NCBI GenBank assembly: GCA_943356415.1
Contig: CALREW010000001.1
Coordinates: 357,745 to 421,744, forward strand
Direction: 5' to 3'
DNA: 64,000 nt
DNA from: Candidatus Nomurabacteria bacterium
GTDB lineage: Bacteria > Patescibacteriota > Minisyncoccia > Phycocordibacterales > SBAW01
Part shown: one piece after another, positions 48,007-58,038 of the stretch
Layout: each line of letters starts with the position of its first letter
Numbering within the stretch: the first letter of the stretch is position 1
The notes under the pieces: model-generated
What the model was told of the DNA's origin: nothing
Seen by the model: the letters and a program-made list of their open reading frames with translations, nothing else
The model's database searches: none
Position numbers and translations under genes: made by a program

Positions 48007-48741
48007 TTATTTTCCAAGATATGCCTCAACAACTGCCGGCTCAGCGAGTACCTGCGCAGGTGTTCCCTCAGCGAGAAGTCTGCCGCTATCGAGTACATAG
48101 CAGTGGTCAGCTAAGTTGCGCACAATATCCATATCATGCTCGACAAGCACCACTGCCGAACCTGAATCGCGAAGCTCCTTGATGCAGGTGCCCACAGTGG
48201 TTCTCATCTCTGGAAAAAGTCCCGCAAATGGTTCATCAAAAAAGTAGACTTTTGAACGCATCGAGATAGCCCGGGCTATCTCAAGCAATTTTCGCTGCCC
48301 ATACGAAAGTTCTTCGCCAAGCGCATCTTTCTTCTCCCACAGGCCAACACGACGCAGGACATCTTCTGCTGCATCAAGGTGTAACTTAGTGTGCCGTTCA
48401 AAAAGAGCACCCCACACATTGCGCTCAGTGAGAACAAACAAAATATTATCGAGGACCGATATTTGCTCAATAACGCGGACGCTCTGAAAGGTGCGCGTCA
48501 TGCCCAACGCCGCAATATCTTGCGGGCGGACACTGGAGAGCTCCACATCGTCACTCACAACCACCGTACCACCATCCATCGGGAGTATACCTGTAACCAC
48601 ATTTATAAAAGTGGTTTTCCCCGAGCCGTTAGGCCCGATAAGAGCCGTAACCTTTCCCCCTTCAAAAGAAAGTGACACATGGTCAACAGCGCTCACCCCA
48701 CCGAAGCGCTTAAGAAGCTTCTTGGTCTGAAGGAATGCCAT
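48007..48741 (-). CDS. livG: branched-chain amino acid ABC transporter ATP-binding protein LivG
   Basis: GPNGSGKTT, LSYGQRKLLEIARA. Confidence 0.85.
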   Translation of the reverse strand: MAFLQTKKLLKRFGGVSAVDHVSLSFEGGKVTALIGPNGSGKTTFINVVTGILPMDGGTVVVSDDVELSSVRPQDIAALGMTRTFQSVRVIEQISVLDNILFVLTERNVWGALFERHTKLHLDAAEDVLRRVGLWEKKDALGEELSYGQRKLLEIARAISMRSKVYFFDEPFAGLFPEMRTTVGTCIKELRDSGSAVVLVEHDMDIVRNLADHCYVLDSGRLLAEGTPAQVLAEPAVVEAYLGK

Positions 48742-48782
48742 GAGACAACTATACGGCCGCTTAGCGCCCCTACAAAGTAGTG

Positions 48783-49931
48783 TTAGTAGCTAATATCTGT
48801 CGGCACACCACCCTTAATGACACGTACGGTAAAACCGAGATCAGAGTTGCCTGCGGCATCAAGCGAGTAAGTGCCCATCAAACCCTGATAATTTTTTACA
48901 TTCATGAGAAGCCATTGCTGCACCTTAGTACTGTCATCACCTACTGCACGAAGTGCTGACGCAATCATCATCATGCCGTCATAGGTTGAAGCGGAATGGA
49001 ATGGTATCGGGGATGGTCCACCGTACTCTTTCTCATACCTCTCAAAAAACGCTTTGCTCCCTGCTCCCGCGGTGTCATATGCCGGATCAGCAAAATAGAT
49101 ACCGTCGAGCGATCCTACAATCCGCTTCACATCACCATTAGCTGCGAGCGTAAAGTCAGTAAAGAGCGGTGGTGTAAACCCAAGCTCACGAGACTGTTTG
49201 ATGAACTGTGCAGCGTTTGTCCCAAGCTGAGAGAGAATAAGGATAGCCTCAGGTTTCGATTCGCGTACCGAAGTGATCAGCGTTCGATAGTCAGTAGTGT
49301 TTGGTTGGAAGCGCTCTGATTTTACGATGACACCCCCTTTCTCTTTAAAGGTCTTCTCAAAGGTGTTCTGGATGTCAGTGGTGTAATCAGTAACCTCGCT
49401 TATAGTAGCCGCCTTCGTATATCCAAGGCGGATCATTGCCTCTGCCAAATTCTGTCCCGCAAGAATATCTGCGTTTGCGATACGAAAAATATAGTCGCCT
49501 GCTTCATCGACATTTTTGCCACCAGTTACAGGCGTCAGCACCACCGTGTGCGTCTGATTGGCTATAGGTGCATATGCGATAGTCCCGTTGCTCGAAGTCC
49601 CTCCGATGACGTACCTAATCCCATCGGCGTTGATGAGTTTTTGCAATGCGCTAACACCATCCTTGCTTGTGTAGCCTGCATTCTCGATAACAAGCTCAAT
49701 AGGACGGCCGCTGATACCTCCGTCGGCATTTATATCTGCTGCGGCAAGCTTTGCAGTCTTAACGATGTTCTCTCCCACAACAGCGAAATCTCCAGTGAGA
49801 AGCGACGCCACGCCTATCTTTATGGATTCTTTAGAATTGTCCGCAGGTGTATTTTTTGATTGCGTTGTAAACCAAATGCCCGCTGCGATTACAAGGAGGA
49901 GGACAACTACAACGCCGACTCTCTTTTGCAT
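48783..49931 (-). CDS. ABC transporter substrate-binding protein (Leu/Ile/Val-binding, type I PBP)
   Basis: N-terminal signal anchor and LivK-like fold. Confidence 0.8.
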   Translation of the reverse strand: MQKRVGVVVVLLLVIAAGIWFTTQSKNTPADNSKESIKIGVASLLTGDFAVVGENIVKTAKLAAADINADGGISGRPIELVIENAGYTSKDGVSALQKLINADGIRYVIGGTSSNGTIAYAPIANQTHTVVLTPVTGGKNVDEAGDYIFRIANADILAGQNLAEAMIRLGYTKAATISEVTDYTTDIQNTFEKTFKEKGGVIVKSERFQPNTTDYRTLITSVRESKPEAILILSQLGTNAAQFIKQSRELGFTPPLFTDFTLAANGDVKRIVGSLDGIYFADPAYDTAGAGSKAFFERYEKEYGGPSPIPFHSASTYDGMMMIASALRAVGDDSTKVQQWLLMNVKNYQGLMGTYSLDAAGNSDLGFTVRVIKGGVPTDISY

Positions 49932-50005
49932 GAAATATCGCTTATGGCTATGCGCCTATTCCACACTATTCTTAGGAAAAGACAAGTATCTTTCCTGGGT
50001 GGAGT

Positions 50006-51130
50006 TTACTCAATTTCGACGAACTTCCCGTCTTTAATGGTCTTGATCACGAACTCAATGTTGCGTATCTGATGCTTCTCGTTAAAGCTCACTTCCTCAG
50101 CGACAGTCCCTGGGATGCTCACATCAAGCAGAGCTTCACGAACACCCGCACGCTTCCCGTCTGTTTTGCGCAACGCTTCAATAAGCACATTCGTTGCGTC
50201 ATAAGCATTAAGTCCACTGAGACCCACTGGCACACCATTGTAAGTTGCTGCATACTTCTCTTGAAATACCTCTCCATTTTTAGTGGTTCGTCCGTGGGTG
50301 TAAATCACACCTTCAAGTGCGGACCCAAAATTTTCAACAAGAGTTGCATCCTCAATATCAGTAAGATTGAAGAATTTCACATCAAGACCAAGATCCTTTG
50401 CTTGCTTAAAGAATTTTGCTTTCGTCGCAGGATTAGCAAACACAGCGAAAATACCGTCGGAATGAATGCTTTTTAATTCAACAATCGATGTCCGGAAGTC
50501 TGAAAAGCCAAGAGGAAATTTGTATGACTTGCTGATGCTGAGTCCGTGCGCAGGAGCGCGCTCCTCAAAGAGAGCTGCCATTGTTGACCCAAACGTATCC
50601 TCGTCATGAAGTATCACTATGTTCTTGTTGCCGCTTGCAGCGATGTACGTTTCGAGCGCATCAACTTCACCTTGCTGTGGAAACCAAGTCGAAAACACAT
50701 AATCCGAGACGGTTCCATCATGGACCAAAGATTCCATTGCCATCGAAGGAGAAACAATAGCGACACGGCGTTCATTCATGACTGAAAAAACTCCCTGAAA
50801 CGCATCTCCCCACGTGGGCCCGATGACGGCAGCCACGTGATCGGCATCAACAAGTTTTATTGCGGCGTTCACAGTTGCCTTGGCATCACACGCCATATCC
50901 TCCACAACGAGCTCTATCTGTTTGCCGTTGATGCCACCTTTTTCATTAGCCTCAGCAACTGCGAGTTGGATTGCATGCAATTCTCCCTCACCCCAGGATG
51001 CACAATAGCCTGAAAGCCCTAAGGCAGCCCCAATCCGTATAGATTCCGCATCGCGCCGCGTCGTCCATGCCGCCGCTATGACCAAAATACCTATAATTAA
51101 CAATGCGCTTACCCATATGGCCTTTTTCAT
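50006..51130 (-). CDS. ABC transporter substrate-binding protein (LivK-like), second copy
   Basis: Same family as the binding proteins at 48783..49931 and 53759..54904. Confidence 0.8.
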   Translation of the reverse strand: MKKAIWVSALLIIGILVIAAAWTTRRDAESIRIGAALGLSGYCASWGEGELHAIQLAVAEANEKGGINGKQIELVVEDMACDAKATVNAAIKLVDADHVAAVIGPTWGDAFQGVFSVMNERRVAIVSPSMAMESLVHDGTVSDYVFSTWFPQQGEVDALETYIAASGNKNIVILHDEDTFGSTMAALFEERAPAHGLSISKSYKFPLGFSDFRTSIVELKSIHSDGIFAVFANPATKAKFFKQAKDLGLDVKFFNLTDIEDATLVENFGSALEGVIYTHGRTTKNGEVFQEKYAATYNGVPVGLSGLNAYDATNVLIEALRKTDGKRAGVREALLDVSIPGTVAEEVSFNEKHQIRNIEFVIKTIKDGKFVEIE

Positions 51131-51162
51131 ATGGCCATATAAAGCAACAAAACTTTAATTCT

Positions 51163-51246
51163 AGCAATATGATTGACAATTTATTTACATATAAACAAAG
51201 CAAATATTGACTATATTTGCCTATTTTGTTAATATTATTGTCAATT
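51163..51246. promoter_or_regulatory. AT-rich divergent promoter region with an inverted pair of TTGACAAT motifs plus a TTGACTAT half-site
   Basis: TTGACAAT at 51173-51180, TTGACTAT at 51207-51214, ATTGTCAA at 51237-51244. Confidence 0.4.
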
Positions 51247-51999
51247 ATGATAGATAAAGAACTAATTGCCACCCTTAAGGGGGTCGGATTCGATGAAAAG
51301 GAAGCTCGTGTGTACTTGGCTACCCTCGAGCTTGGCGACGCTCAGGTCTCCCAAATAGCAGAAAAGGCGGAGCTGAAGCGTCCCATTGTCTACTTCGTAC
51401 TAGACCGCCTCAAAGCACGCGGCTATGTGCAGCATTTTGGCTCAGGCAACGTAAAACGGTTCTCCGCTGTTGAACCAAGCCGTCTTCTTGCAACATCGCA
51501 GACGGCGGTCGAGGAGTTTCGCTTTATGTTGCCTCTTATTCATGCGCTTCAAGACAAAGGCAAAGGAAAACCACGCATCGAATATTTTCAAGGCCTCGAT
51601 GCGGTCCTTTCTATATACGGGCAACTTGAGAAAGAGAAAGATGTTCGTTTCGTGACGAATGTACAAAAGCTGACGCCTATAATGGCAAAAGAAATAGAGA
51701 TGTGGGCCCGCAATTATGAAAGCAAGCGTAAAGATACTCGTGCGCACAAAGTACTGGTCTCAGACAACCAAACCGACACTGCATGGGCCACGCGCGTTGT
51801 AAAAGGAAGTGCTGATGTGCGCATCCTCCCTGGTCAACAAACTGAGATGGACTTCTCTATCAGCAAGGGAATGCTGTGTATTACTTCGTTTGATCCCCTC
51901 TTTATCGTGGTTATCCACTCTGAAAAAATAGCTCGCTCGTCTGCTCTACTTTTTGATTTAGCGTGGGAGAGTTCAAAGAAGGTCTCTCTTAAGAAATAA
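51247..51999 (+). CDS. TrmB-family HTH transcriptional regulator
   Basis: N-terminal wHTH LGFDEKEARVYLATLELGDAQVSQIAEKAELKRPIVYFVLDRLKARGYV. Confidence 0.6.
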   Translation: MIDKELIATLKGVGFDEKEARVYLATLELGDAQVSQIAEKAELKRPIVYFVLDRLKARGYVQHFGSGNVKRFSAVEPSRLLATSQTAVEEFRFMLPLIHALQDKGKGKPRIEYFQGLDAVLSIYGQLEKEKDVRFVTNVQKLTPIMAKEIEMWARNYESKRKDTRAHKVLVSDNQTDTAWATRVVKGSADVRILPGQQTEMDFSISKGMLCITSFDPLFIVVIHSEKIARSSALLFDLAWESSKKVSLKK

Positions 52000-52000
52000 C

Positions 52001-52870
52001 TTAATTCATTCTGAATTTGCCGAGAAACCCCTGAGGCCTATACAGCATGAACAAAACAAGAATCGCTCCGTAGGTCACCTGCCTCATTTGCGCTGCTACG
52101 TCCGATGGAAAGCCTAAGAAACGCAGCGCTTCAGGAAGCACTATCAGAAAGAAAGCGCCAGCAAGTGCTCCTTCGTGTGAGGCAAGGCCGCCAAGAATGA
52201 TAATGGCGAGAATAAAGATAGATTCATTGAGCGAGAAACTCGATGGATCAATAAACGTGATGTAGCTCGCGAGCAATGCCCCAGCGAGCGCTGCGAGCAT
52301 TGCCGCAATAACAAACACCACGAGCTTGAAGTACGGGGTCGCGTAGCCAAATACTTGCACCATATTCTCATCCTCGCGTATCGCAGTGAGCACTCGACCA
52401 AAAGACGAACGCGTGAGGTACCAACAAACTCCGTAGACAATCGCACCAAGGATGATGCAGAGAATAAGAAACATAACGTTGTCAGAAAACGAAATGCCAA
52501 AAAGTTCCGGTCTATGAATACCCGGTATTCCTAGAGGACCACGCGTTAAACTCTGCCAATTGAGAAGGATGCTGAAGATAATGACGTTAAACCCAAACGA
52601 CCCGAGCGCATAATAGTCACCACGAAAGCGTGAAAGAACGGCGCCGATAACCAGCGCCACAACACCAGAAATAACCATACCAAGCAGCATTGCAGTGAAA
52701 AATCCGAACCCCTGATTGATCATCAAGAGCGCGGTGCCGTATGCACCGATGCCATAAAAAGCAGCGTGGGTAATGGAGAGAAGCCCGGCGTAACCGACGA
52801 TTAAATCGAGCGAAAGCCCAAGCATCGCGTAAATAGAAACCAGAATTGCTATGTGCAGTAGATACTCCAT
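52001..52870 (-). CDS. livM: branched-chain amino acid ABC transporter permease LivM
   Basis: Polytopic ABC-type permease of the LivH/LivM family. Confidence 0.8.
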   Translation of the reverse strand: MEYLLHIAILVSIYAMLGLSLDLIVGYAGLLSITHAAFYGIGAYGTALLMINQGFGFFTAMLLGMVISGVVALVIGAVLSRFRGDYYALGSFGFNVIIFSILLNWQSLTRGPLGIPGIHRPELFGISFSDNVMFLILCIILGAIVYGVCWYLTRSSFGRVLTAIREDENMVQVFGYATPYFKLVVFVIAAMLAALAGALLASYITFIDPSSFSLNESIFILAIIILGGLASHEGALAGAFFLIVLPEALRFLGFPSDVAAQMRQVTYGAILVLFMLYRPQGFLGKFRMN

Positions 52871-53737
52871 TTATTTTGAGAGAATACCTTTCGGTCGGAA
52901 TAGCAAAAAAGCGATCAGCACCGCAAACGCAATGGCATCTTTCCACTCCCCTGCAAACTGCCACGCCCCAAGATTTTCAATAAGAGCCAAGAGGAATGCG
53001 CCAAGGACGGCTCCGTAGATAGAACCTATACCGCCGATGATGGCGGCAATCACTCCTTTAAGAAGGAGGCTCATCCCCATCAAAGGCTCGATGCCGGTAT
53101 CAAACCCAACGGCAATACCCGACAGCCCACCAATCGCACCTCCTACCGCAGCGACGATGCCAAGAATCCTGGGACTGTTTATACCGACAATACTTGCAAC
53201 CGTACTGTCATCGGCGACAGCACGCACCGCTTTGCCAAAGAGCGTTCTCGACAGAACGATACCCACCCCCGTCATAATGACGAGTCCCGATATAAAGATG
53301 AGCGCTTGGACATCCGTTATGACACCGCCTGCAATATTGAACGTACGCGTACTGCCGATATTTTTGGAGAGCGTCTGGAATTGACTCGAGAAAATAATGG
53401 CAATAACCGCTTGGATGATGGTGAGTACGCCAAGCGAGGCAATAAGCAATATCGTTCCCGATGCTTTTCTTTCGCGCAGTTTGCGATAGATAAATCGCTC
53501 AACCAAAAAGGCAAGCAGACCCGCGGTAGCGACGCCAATACCAATCGCAAGCCACACAGGTAGATCAATCTGTTTGTAGGACCAATAGGTGGCGTAGCCT
53601 CCAACAGCAATAAGCGCCCCGTACCCGAGATCGAAAAACTTCGCCGTGCTGTACATCAGCGTGAAGCCCAACGCGATAAGCGTATAGATAGCCCCGGCGA
53701 TAACGGCATTTAGGAGTATCTGGACGAGAATATCCAT
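52871..53737 (-). CDS. livH: branched-chain amino acid ABC transporter permease LivH
   Basis: Polytopic ABC-type permease of the LivH/LivM family. Confidence 0.8.
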   Translation of the reverse strand: MDILVQILLNAVIAGAIYTLIALGFTLMYSTAKFFDLGYGALIAVGGYATYWSYKQIDLPVWLAIGIGVATAGLLAFLVERFIYRKLRERKASGTILLIASLGVLTIIQAVIAIIFSSQFQTLSKNIGSTRTFNIAGGVITDVQALIFISGLVIMTGVGIVLSRTLFGKAVRAVADDSTVASIVGINSPRILGIVAAVGGAIGGLSGIAVGFDTGIEPLMGMSLLLKGVIAAIIGGIGSIYGAVLGAFLLALIENLGAWQFAGEWKDAIAFAVLIAFLLFRPKGILSK

Positions 53738-53758
53738 GTACTTCCTAGCCTACCATTC

Positions 53759-54904
53759 CTACTTCACTATCTCCGCAGAGCCATTGTGCACGAGATGCAC
53801 CTCATACTGCGCGGTCTTTAGATCTCGATCGGCGTCAAAACTGATTTCAGAGAGCGCTACTCCTTCGGTGTAATTAACGGCAGCAAGCGCATCTCTAACC
53901 TTCTGAGAATCAGTGCCGACCGAACTTATAACCGAGGCGAGGAGGCGGAACGCATCGTATCCAAGCACCGAGTAGATATTGATGTCGGTCCCGGTGCCTT
54001 GTTTAAGTTTCGTTGCGAACGCCTCTGGCTGGTTAAACTTTCCAACGCTATACATGGCACCTTCAGCTTCTGGCACGGAGGTGAACTCCTTGAGATCAAG
54101 TGCATCTCCACCAAAACGTACAGCGCTAAGACCGATAGCCTTCGCCTGTTTTACGGCTACAACACCTGAGCCAGGATACAGCGCCATGTAGAGCGCTTCA
54201 GGATCTGCTGCTTTAATTTTCGACAGCTCGGTGCGCATATCGGTTGCTGTTTGAGTCACCCCTTCATTCTCGACAACTTCTCCCCCAAGCTCCTTGAAAC
54301 GCGCCGCAAAGACGTCACTGAGACCCTTGCCGTAATCATTGTTTACGTAAAGTACTGCAGCTTTGTGTTTGCCAAGCGTGTTGTAAATATATTCTGCAGC
54401 AAACTTTCCCTGGAAGGCGTCGGACGGATACGTGCGGAACACATACTCGCCTGCTTTCGTTAGTCCTGGTGCAGACGCCCAAAATACCGTGGGCACATGA
54501 TTCGCTTGTGCGATTGGGAGTCCCGGACCGGCCGCAGATGAGCACAGTGGGCCAATAATTGCAGCAACCTTATCGAGCGATACCAACTTATTAAATACAT
54601 CTGCACCGTCCTTGGCACATTTATCATCTTCAAAAATAACTTCGACCTGTCTGCCACCAATACCACCAGCGTCGTTTATTTCCTTTTGTGCAAGCTCAAT
54701 GCCAGCCTTTGTTTGCTCACCCAAGCTTGCAGCCTCCCCCGTAAGAGGCAGCGACGCACCGATGCGAATAGGCCCTGTTTCCGTAGGAGCTTTTTTAGTA
54801 GCGACGCCAAACCAAATAACCGCCGCTACAATAACCACTGCACCCAGGCCTAACCAAAGATTTTTTGACATACAAGCTGTTACTGCTTCCCTATAAATAG
54901 ACAC
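53759..54904 (-). CDS. ABC transporter substrate-binding protein (LivK-like), third copy
   Basis: Type I periplasmic-binding-protein fold with N-terminal anchor. Confidence 0.8.
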   Translation of the reverse strand: MSIYREAVTACMSKNLWLGLGAVVIVAAVIWFGVATKKAPTETGPIRIGASLPLTGEAASLGEQTKAGIELAQKEINDAGGIGGRQVEVIFEDDKCAKDGADVFNKLVSLDKVAAIIGPLCSSAAGPGLPIAQANHVPTVFWASAPGLTKAGEYVFRTYPSDAFQGKFAAEYIYNTLGKHKAAVLYVNNDYGKGLSDVFAARFKELGGEVVENEGVTQTATDMRTELSKIKAADPEALYMALYPGSGVVAVKQAKAIGLSAVRFGGDALDLKEFTSVPEAEGAMYSVGKFNQPEAFATKLKQGTGTDINIYSVLGYDAFRLLASVISSVGTDSQKVRDALAAVNYTEGVALSEISFDADRDLKTAQYEVHLVHNGSAEIVK

Positions 54905-54969
54905 GGTTACCCTAGCTCAAACCAGCATACCAAAGGAAGGGCACAAGCAAAGGTTCAAGAAACGTATTC

Positions 54970-56235
54970 TTATTGCGCCTTGAGAACCTGCCTGAGGCTC
55001 GAGTATTTATTACCCGGGTCCCAGAAAAGATACCCATCGAGACCCGCATCGTGCGCTGCCTGTATTTGGTTAGCCACCATAGTCGGGGTGTAGTCCACGG
55101 GGTAGTCGAAATCCTGAAGCCACGGACGAATTTTACTCTTATCGTATGCCGGCTTTAGATACACCGCAGGAGTCGTCGTACCGATGCGCGAGAAAGCGGC
55201 TCCTGCAATGCCGGTCTGTGTTGCAGTCGTACGACGCACTGCAGCATCAAGCACAAATTTCATAAGGTCATAGGTATGCGCGTTCGGATCTTTCCAACCG
55301 TTGAAGCCGCTTGGGTAATGCGATGGATACACCATCGGTGCAATGTAATCGAAGTACGGCAGAGCACGTTCAAGCACCTGTCCGATATTAAGATCGTCAG
55401 TGTTTGTTGTTGTCATGCCAAAAAGGTCAGCCGACATCTTTACTCCCGTATCCTTCAGATTTGCATGTAGATAACTAAAAAATTCTTCAACCGCTTCTTG
55501 TTTGGTCTTTCCTGGAGAAAGGGTATACACCGCATCGGCCATATTTCCGTCAGAAGGAAAACGTATGTAATCGAAATTTATTTCATCAAAACCAGTTGCG
55601 TACGACGCCTTTGCAAGTTTCACCACGCGTTCCCAATAGGGCTTTGCGCCGACCTGGATAAAAGAGAGCCCTTTACGATCTTTCCACGGACCGCCGTGAC
55701 TCGCACTTTGCACTGCAAGTTCTGGATGGGCCTTCGTGTAGGTTGGATCCTGGAAGACGGTGACACGTCCAATGACATAAATATTTTTGCTGTGGAGCAT
55801 TTCTATAAAAGAGCGCATGTCTTTGGCGCCACAGGCATCTGATACCCAGTCCTTGAGGTCCGGGTCATCCGGCGTAAAGGATATTTTGCCGGTGTAATCC
55901 TTGATGTCGATAACCACCGCATTAAGTTCCGTTGTATCTATCAAATCAACGAGCTGTTTTCTAAAATTTGGAGTGCCAACAACACACTGCGACATGTAGA
56001 CGGCTTTTACATTGGTCGGCACACCGACGTGCGCTGCAACTGAGACAACAGGCACGTCACTTTCTTCACTTGAAGTAGCGGTGCTGCTTGCGACATCGGC
56101 ATCACCTCGCACGCTCACCGAGGAGAGTGCGGGAATGACAAACTCAAATGCGAGAAAACACACCGTCGCTACAACGACGACGCCTGTGAAGAGAAGTTTT
56201 TTACCCGACCCGAGGGCGATTTGTTTGCGTTTCAT
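54970..56235 (-). CDS. putative glycoside-hydrolase-like TIM-barrel protein (DUF4015/GHL family) with N-terminal membrane anchor
   Basis: N-terminal TM then ...VKAVYMSQCVVGTPNF...LNAVVIDIKDYTGKISF...IYVIGRVTVFQDP pattern of this family. Confidence 0.45.
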   Translation of the reverse strand: MKRKQIALGSGKKLLFTGVVVVATVCFLAFEFVIPALSSVSVRGDADVASSTATSSEESDVPVVSVAAHVGVPTNVKAVYMSQCVVGTPNFRKQLVDLIDTTELNAVVIDIKDYTGKISFTPDDPDLKDWVSDACGAKDMRSFIEMLHSKNIYVIGRVTVFQDPTYTKAHPELAVQSASHGGPWKDRKGLSFIQVGAKPYWERVVKLAKASYATGFDEINFDYIRFPSDGNMADAVYTLSPGKTKQEAVEEFFSYLHANLKDTGVKMSADLFGMTTTNTDDLNIGQVLERALPYFDYIAPMVYPSHYPSGFNGWKDPNAHTYDLMKFVLDAAVRRTTATQTGIAGAAFSRIGTTTPAVYLKPAYDKSKIRPWLQDFDYPVDYTPTMVANQIQAAHDAGLDGYLFWDPGNKYSSLRQVLKAQ

Positions 56236-56455
56236 TCGAGGTCGGTTGCGCTTCGCGCGGGCGGTTATCTACAAAAAAATCTTGGGTGTGCGCCGCACCG
56301 CGGGCAAGCACTTCACGCCGCAGGAAAAAACCAAGCGCCGCGATTCCAAGACCTCCGAGAACAAGAAGTGTCGTTCGCCACGACCCAGGAAGTCCAAGAT
56401 ATGGCAACGCTGCGATTGCGAGCCCGAGCAATATCAGCGTCACTTCCTTCGACAT
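56201..56455 (-). CDS. small hypothetical membrane protein (2 TM)
   Basis: ORF trimmed to the internal Met (MSKEVTLILLGLAIAALPYLGLP...). Confidence 0.3.
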   Translation of the reverse strand: MSKEVTLILLGLAIAALPYLGLPGSWRTTLLVLGGLGIAALGFFLRREVLARGAAHTQDFFVDNRPREAQPTSNETQTNRPRVG

Positions 56456-56576
56456 ATTCGCAGTATACCCCATGAGATAAAGGGGCGGCCATTTGTGGAA
56501 TACCTGTCGATCGTCAGATGCCGGTGCAGAGGGAGGCGATTGCCTGCCTATCCACGGGGTATAGCAGAGCCGCGCA

Positions 56577-57257
56577 CTACTGCGCCTCAACAATAACGAC
56601 AAATTCCCCTCGCTGCTTCTCAGGGGTCTCTTCCAGGTATGCCAGGAGCTCCCCTGCAGTTCCTACCCGACTTTCCTCATGAAATTTGGTGAGTTCTCTG
56701 TAGATACCAATTCGGCGCTCCCCACATTGGGTAGCGAGCGACTGCAACGCTTTCATAATCCGGTGTGGAGACTCATAGAAAATGCTTGTCCGCTCATCCG
56801 TGGCAATAGTCTTAAAAAGCGTCTCTCTCCCCTTCTTCTGGGGCAAAAAGCCATAAAACGTAAATGTTGAAACGCGAAGTCCCGCGATAGAAAGCGCCGC
56901 GGCAAGCGCCGAAGGACCTGGTATTGCCTCGATAATCACATCGTCTCCAAGGGCTTCCCGTGTCGCTCCTACCAACTCTCCCCCTGGATCAGAAACCCCT
57001 GGCGTCCCGGCGTCAGTCACCAACGCAAGATGTTTCCCTTCTTCAAGCAACTCGACAATTTTCTTTACCTTACTTGCACCACTATTTGCATGAAATGAGA
57101 GCGTCGGCGTGGTAATAGCAAAATGGGAGAGCAATTTCTTCGTGACACGCGTGTCCTCACAAAGAATGATGTCAGCCGCTTTCAAGACCGAAAGAGCTCG
57201 GAGCGTAATGTCTTCGAGATTTCCTATGGGGGTCGCAATGACGGAGAGTTTGGACAT
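56577..57257 (-). CDS. rsmI: 16S rRNA (cytidine1402-2'-O)-methyltransferase RsmI
   Basis: LSVIATPIGNLEDITLRALSVLKAADIILCEDTR tetrapyrrole-methylase-fold signature. Confidence 0.9.
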   Translation of the reverse strand: MSKLSVIATPIGNLEDITLRALSVLKAADIILCEDTRVTKKLLSHFAITTPTLSFHANSGASKVKKIVELLEEGKHLALVTDAGTPGVSDPGGELVGATREALGDDVIIEAIPGPSALAAALSIAGLRVSTFTFYGFLPQKKGRETLFKTIATDERTSIFYESPHRIMKALQSLATQCGERRIGIYRELTKFHEESRVGTAGELLAYLEETPEKQRGEFVVIVEAQ

Positions 57258-57266
57258 GGAGGTGCC

Positions 57267-57956
57267 TTACCTTTTGCGAGCGACGATTACGAGCGAATCT
57301 ACTGATGTGTCAGTGTCGCGCTCCAGACTCTTGTATTCACGCTTCTCAACCAGTTCAAAGAGTTCCTCGAATGTTGGTGAGAGATAATCGTTCATTGAAT
57401 GTGGCGGATAGGTCACTACAACCTTTCCTCCGTAGAGCGATGTCTTTATGACCTCTTTTCCATTCTCAACAGCTCGTATGTCTGCGACGGGATGCGGCAA
57501 AATAAGAATAAGTTCTCCACCTGACCTTAGTACTCGCGCTGCTTCACGATAAGGCGCGTCTGTTTTTTCAACATAATGGAAAGAAAAACGCCCAAGAACA
57601 TAATCTTGCGATGCGTCCGGTACCGGCAGATGTTCCCAATCGCCAAGTTGAGCAATAGCTGTATCTCCGGTGACCTTCTGTGCTGCTTGAACCATCGTAA
57701 GAGACGGATCGACGCCAAGCACTTGTTTAAAATGCATTTCGTCTCGATACGTCACGAGCTCTGCTCCCGCACCACAACCAACATCGAGAAGTGATTTTTC
57801 TTGTGGATTTTTTAGATGCTCGGTAAGGAATTCTTTACCAAGATCTCTAACGTTCTTGAAAAACGCTTCTTTGCCTTCAATGTAGGCATCTCCTATGTGA
57901 TTGTACTGCCTCGTTATGGAATCAGGAGAGGATGATTTTGGAAGCTCTTGCGACAT
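57267..57956 (-). CDS. class I SAM-dependent methyltransferase
   Basis: LLDVGCGAGAE...YVLGRFSFHYV. Confidence 0.75.
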   Translation of the reverse strand: MSQELPKSSSPDSITRQYNHIGDAYIEGKEAFFKNVRDLGKEFLTEHLKNPQEKSLLDVGCGAGAELVTYRDEMHFKQVLGVDPSLTMVQAAQKVTGDTAIAQLGDWEHLPVPDASQDYVLGRFSFHYVEKTDAPYREAARVLRSGGELILILPHPVADIRAVENGKEVIKTSLYGGKVVVTYPPHSMNDYLSPTFEELFELVEKREYKSLERDTDTSVDSLVIVARKR

Positions 57957-58038
57957 AGCGTATGTATAGCAATCAGGCTCTCTAAAAACAACACGGTCGG
58001 CCCTTCGTCAGGCCGACCGTGGTGCACGTGTTGTTCGT

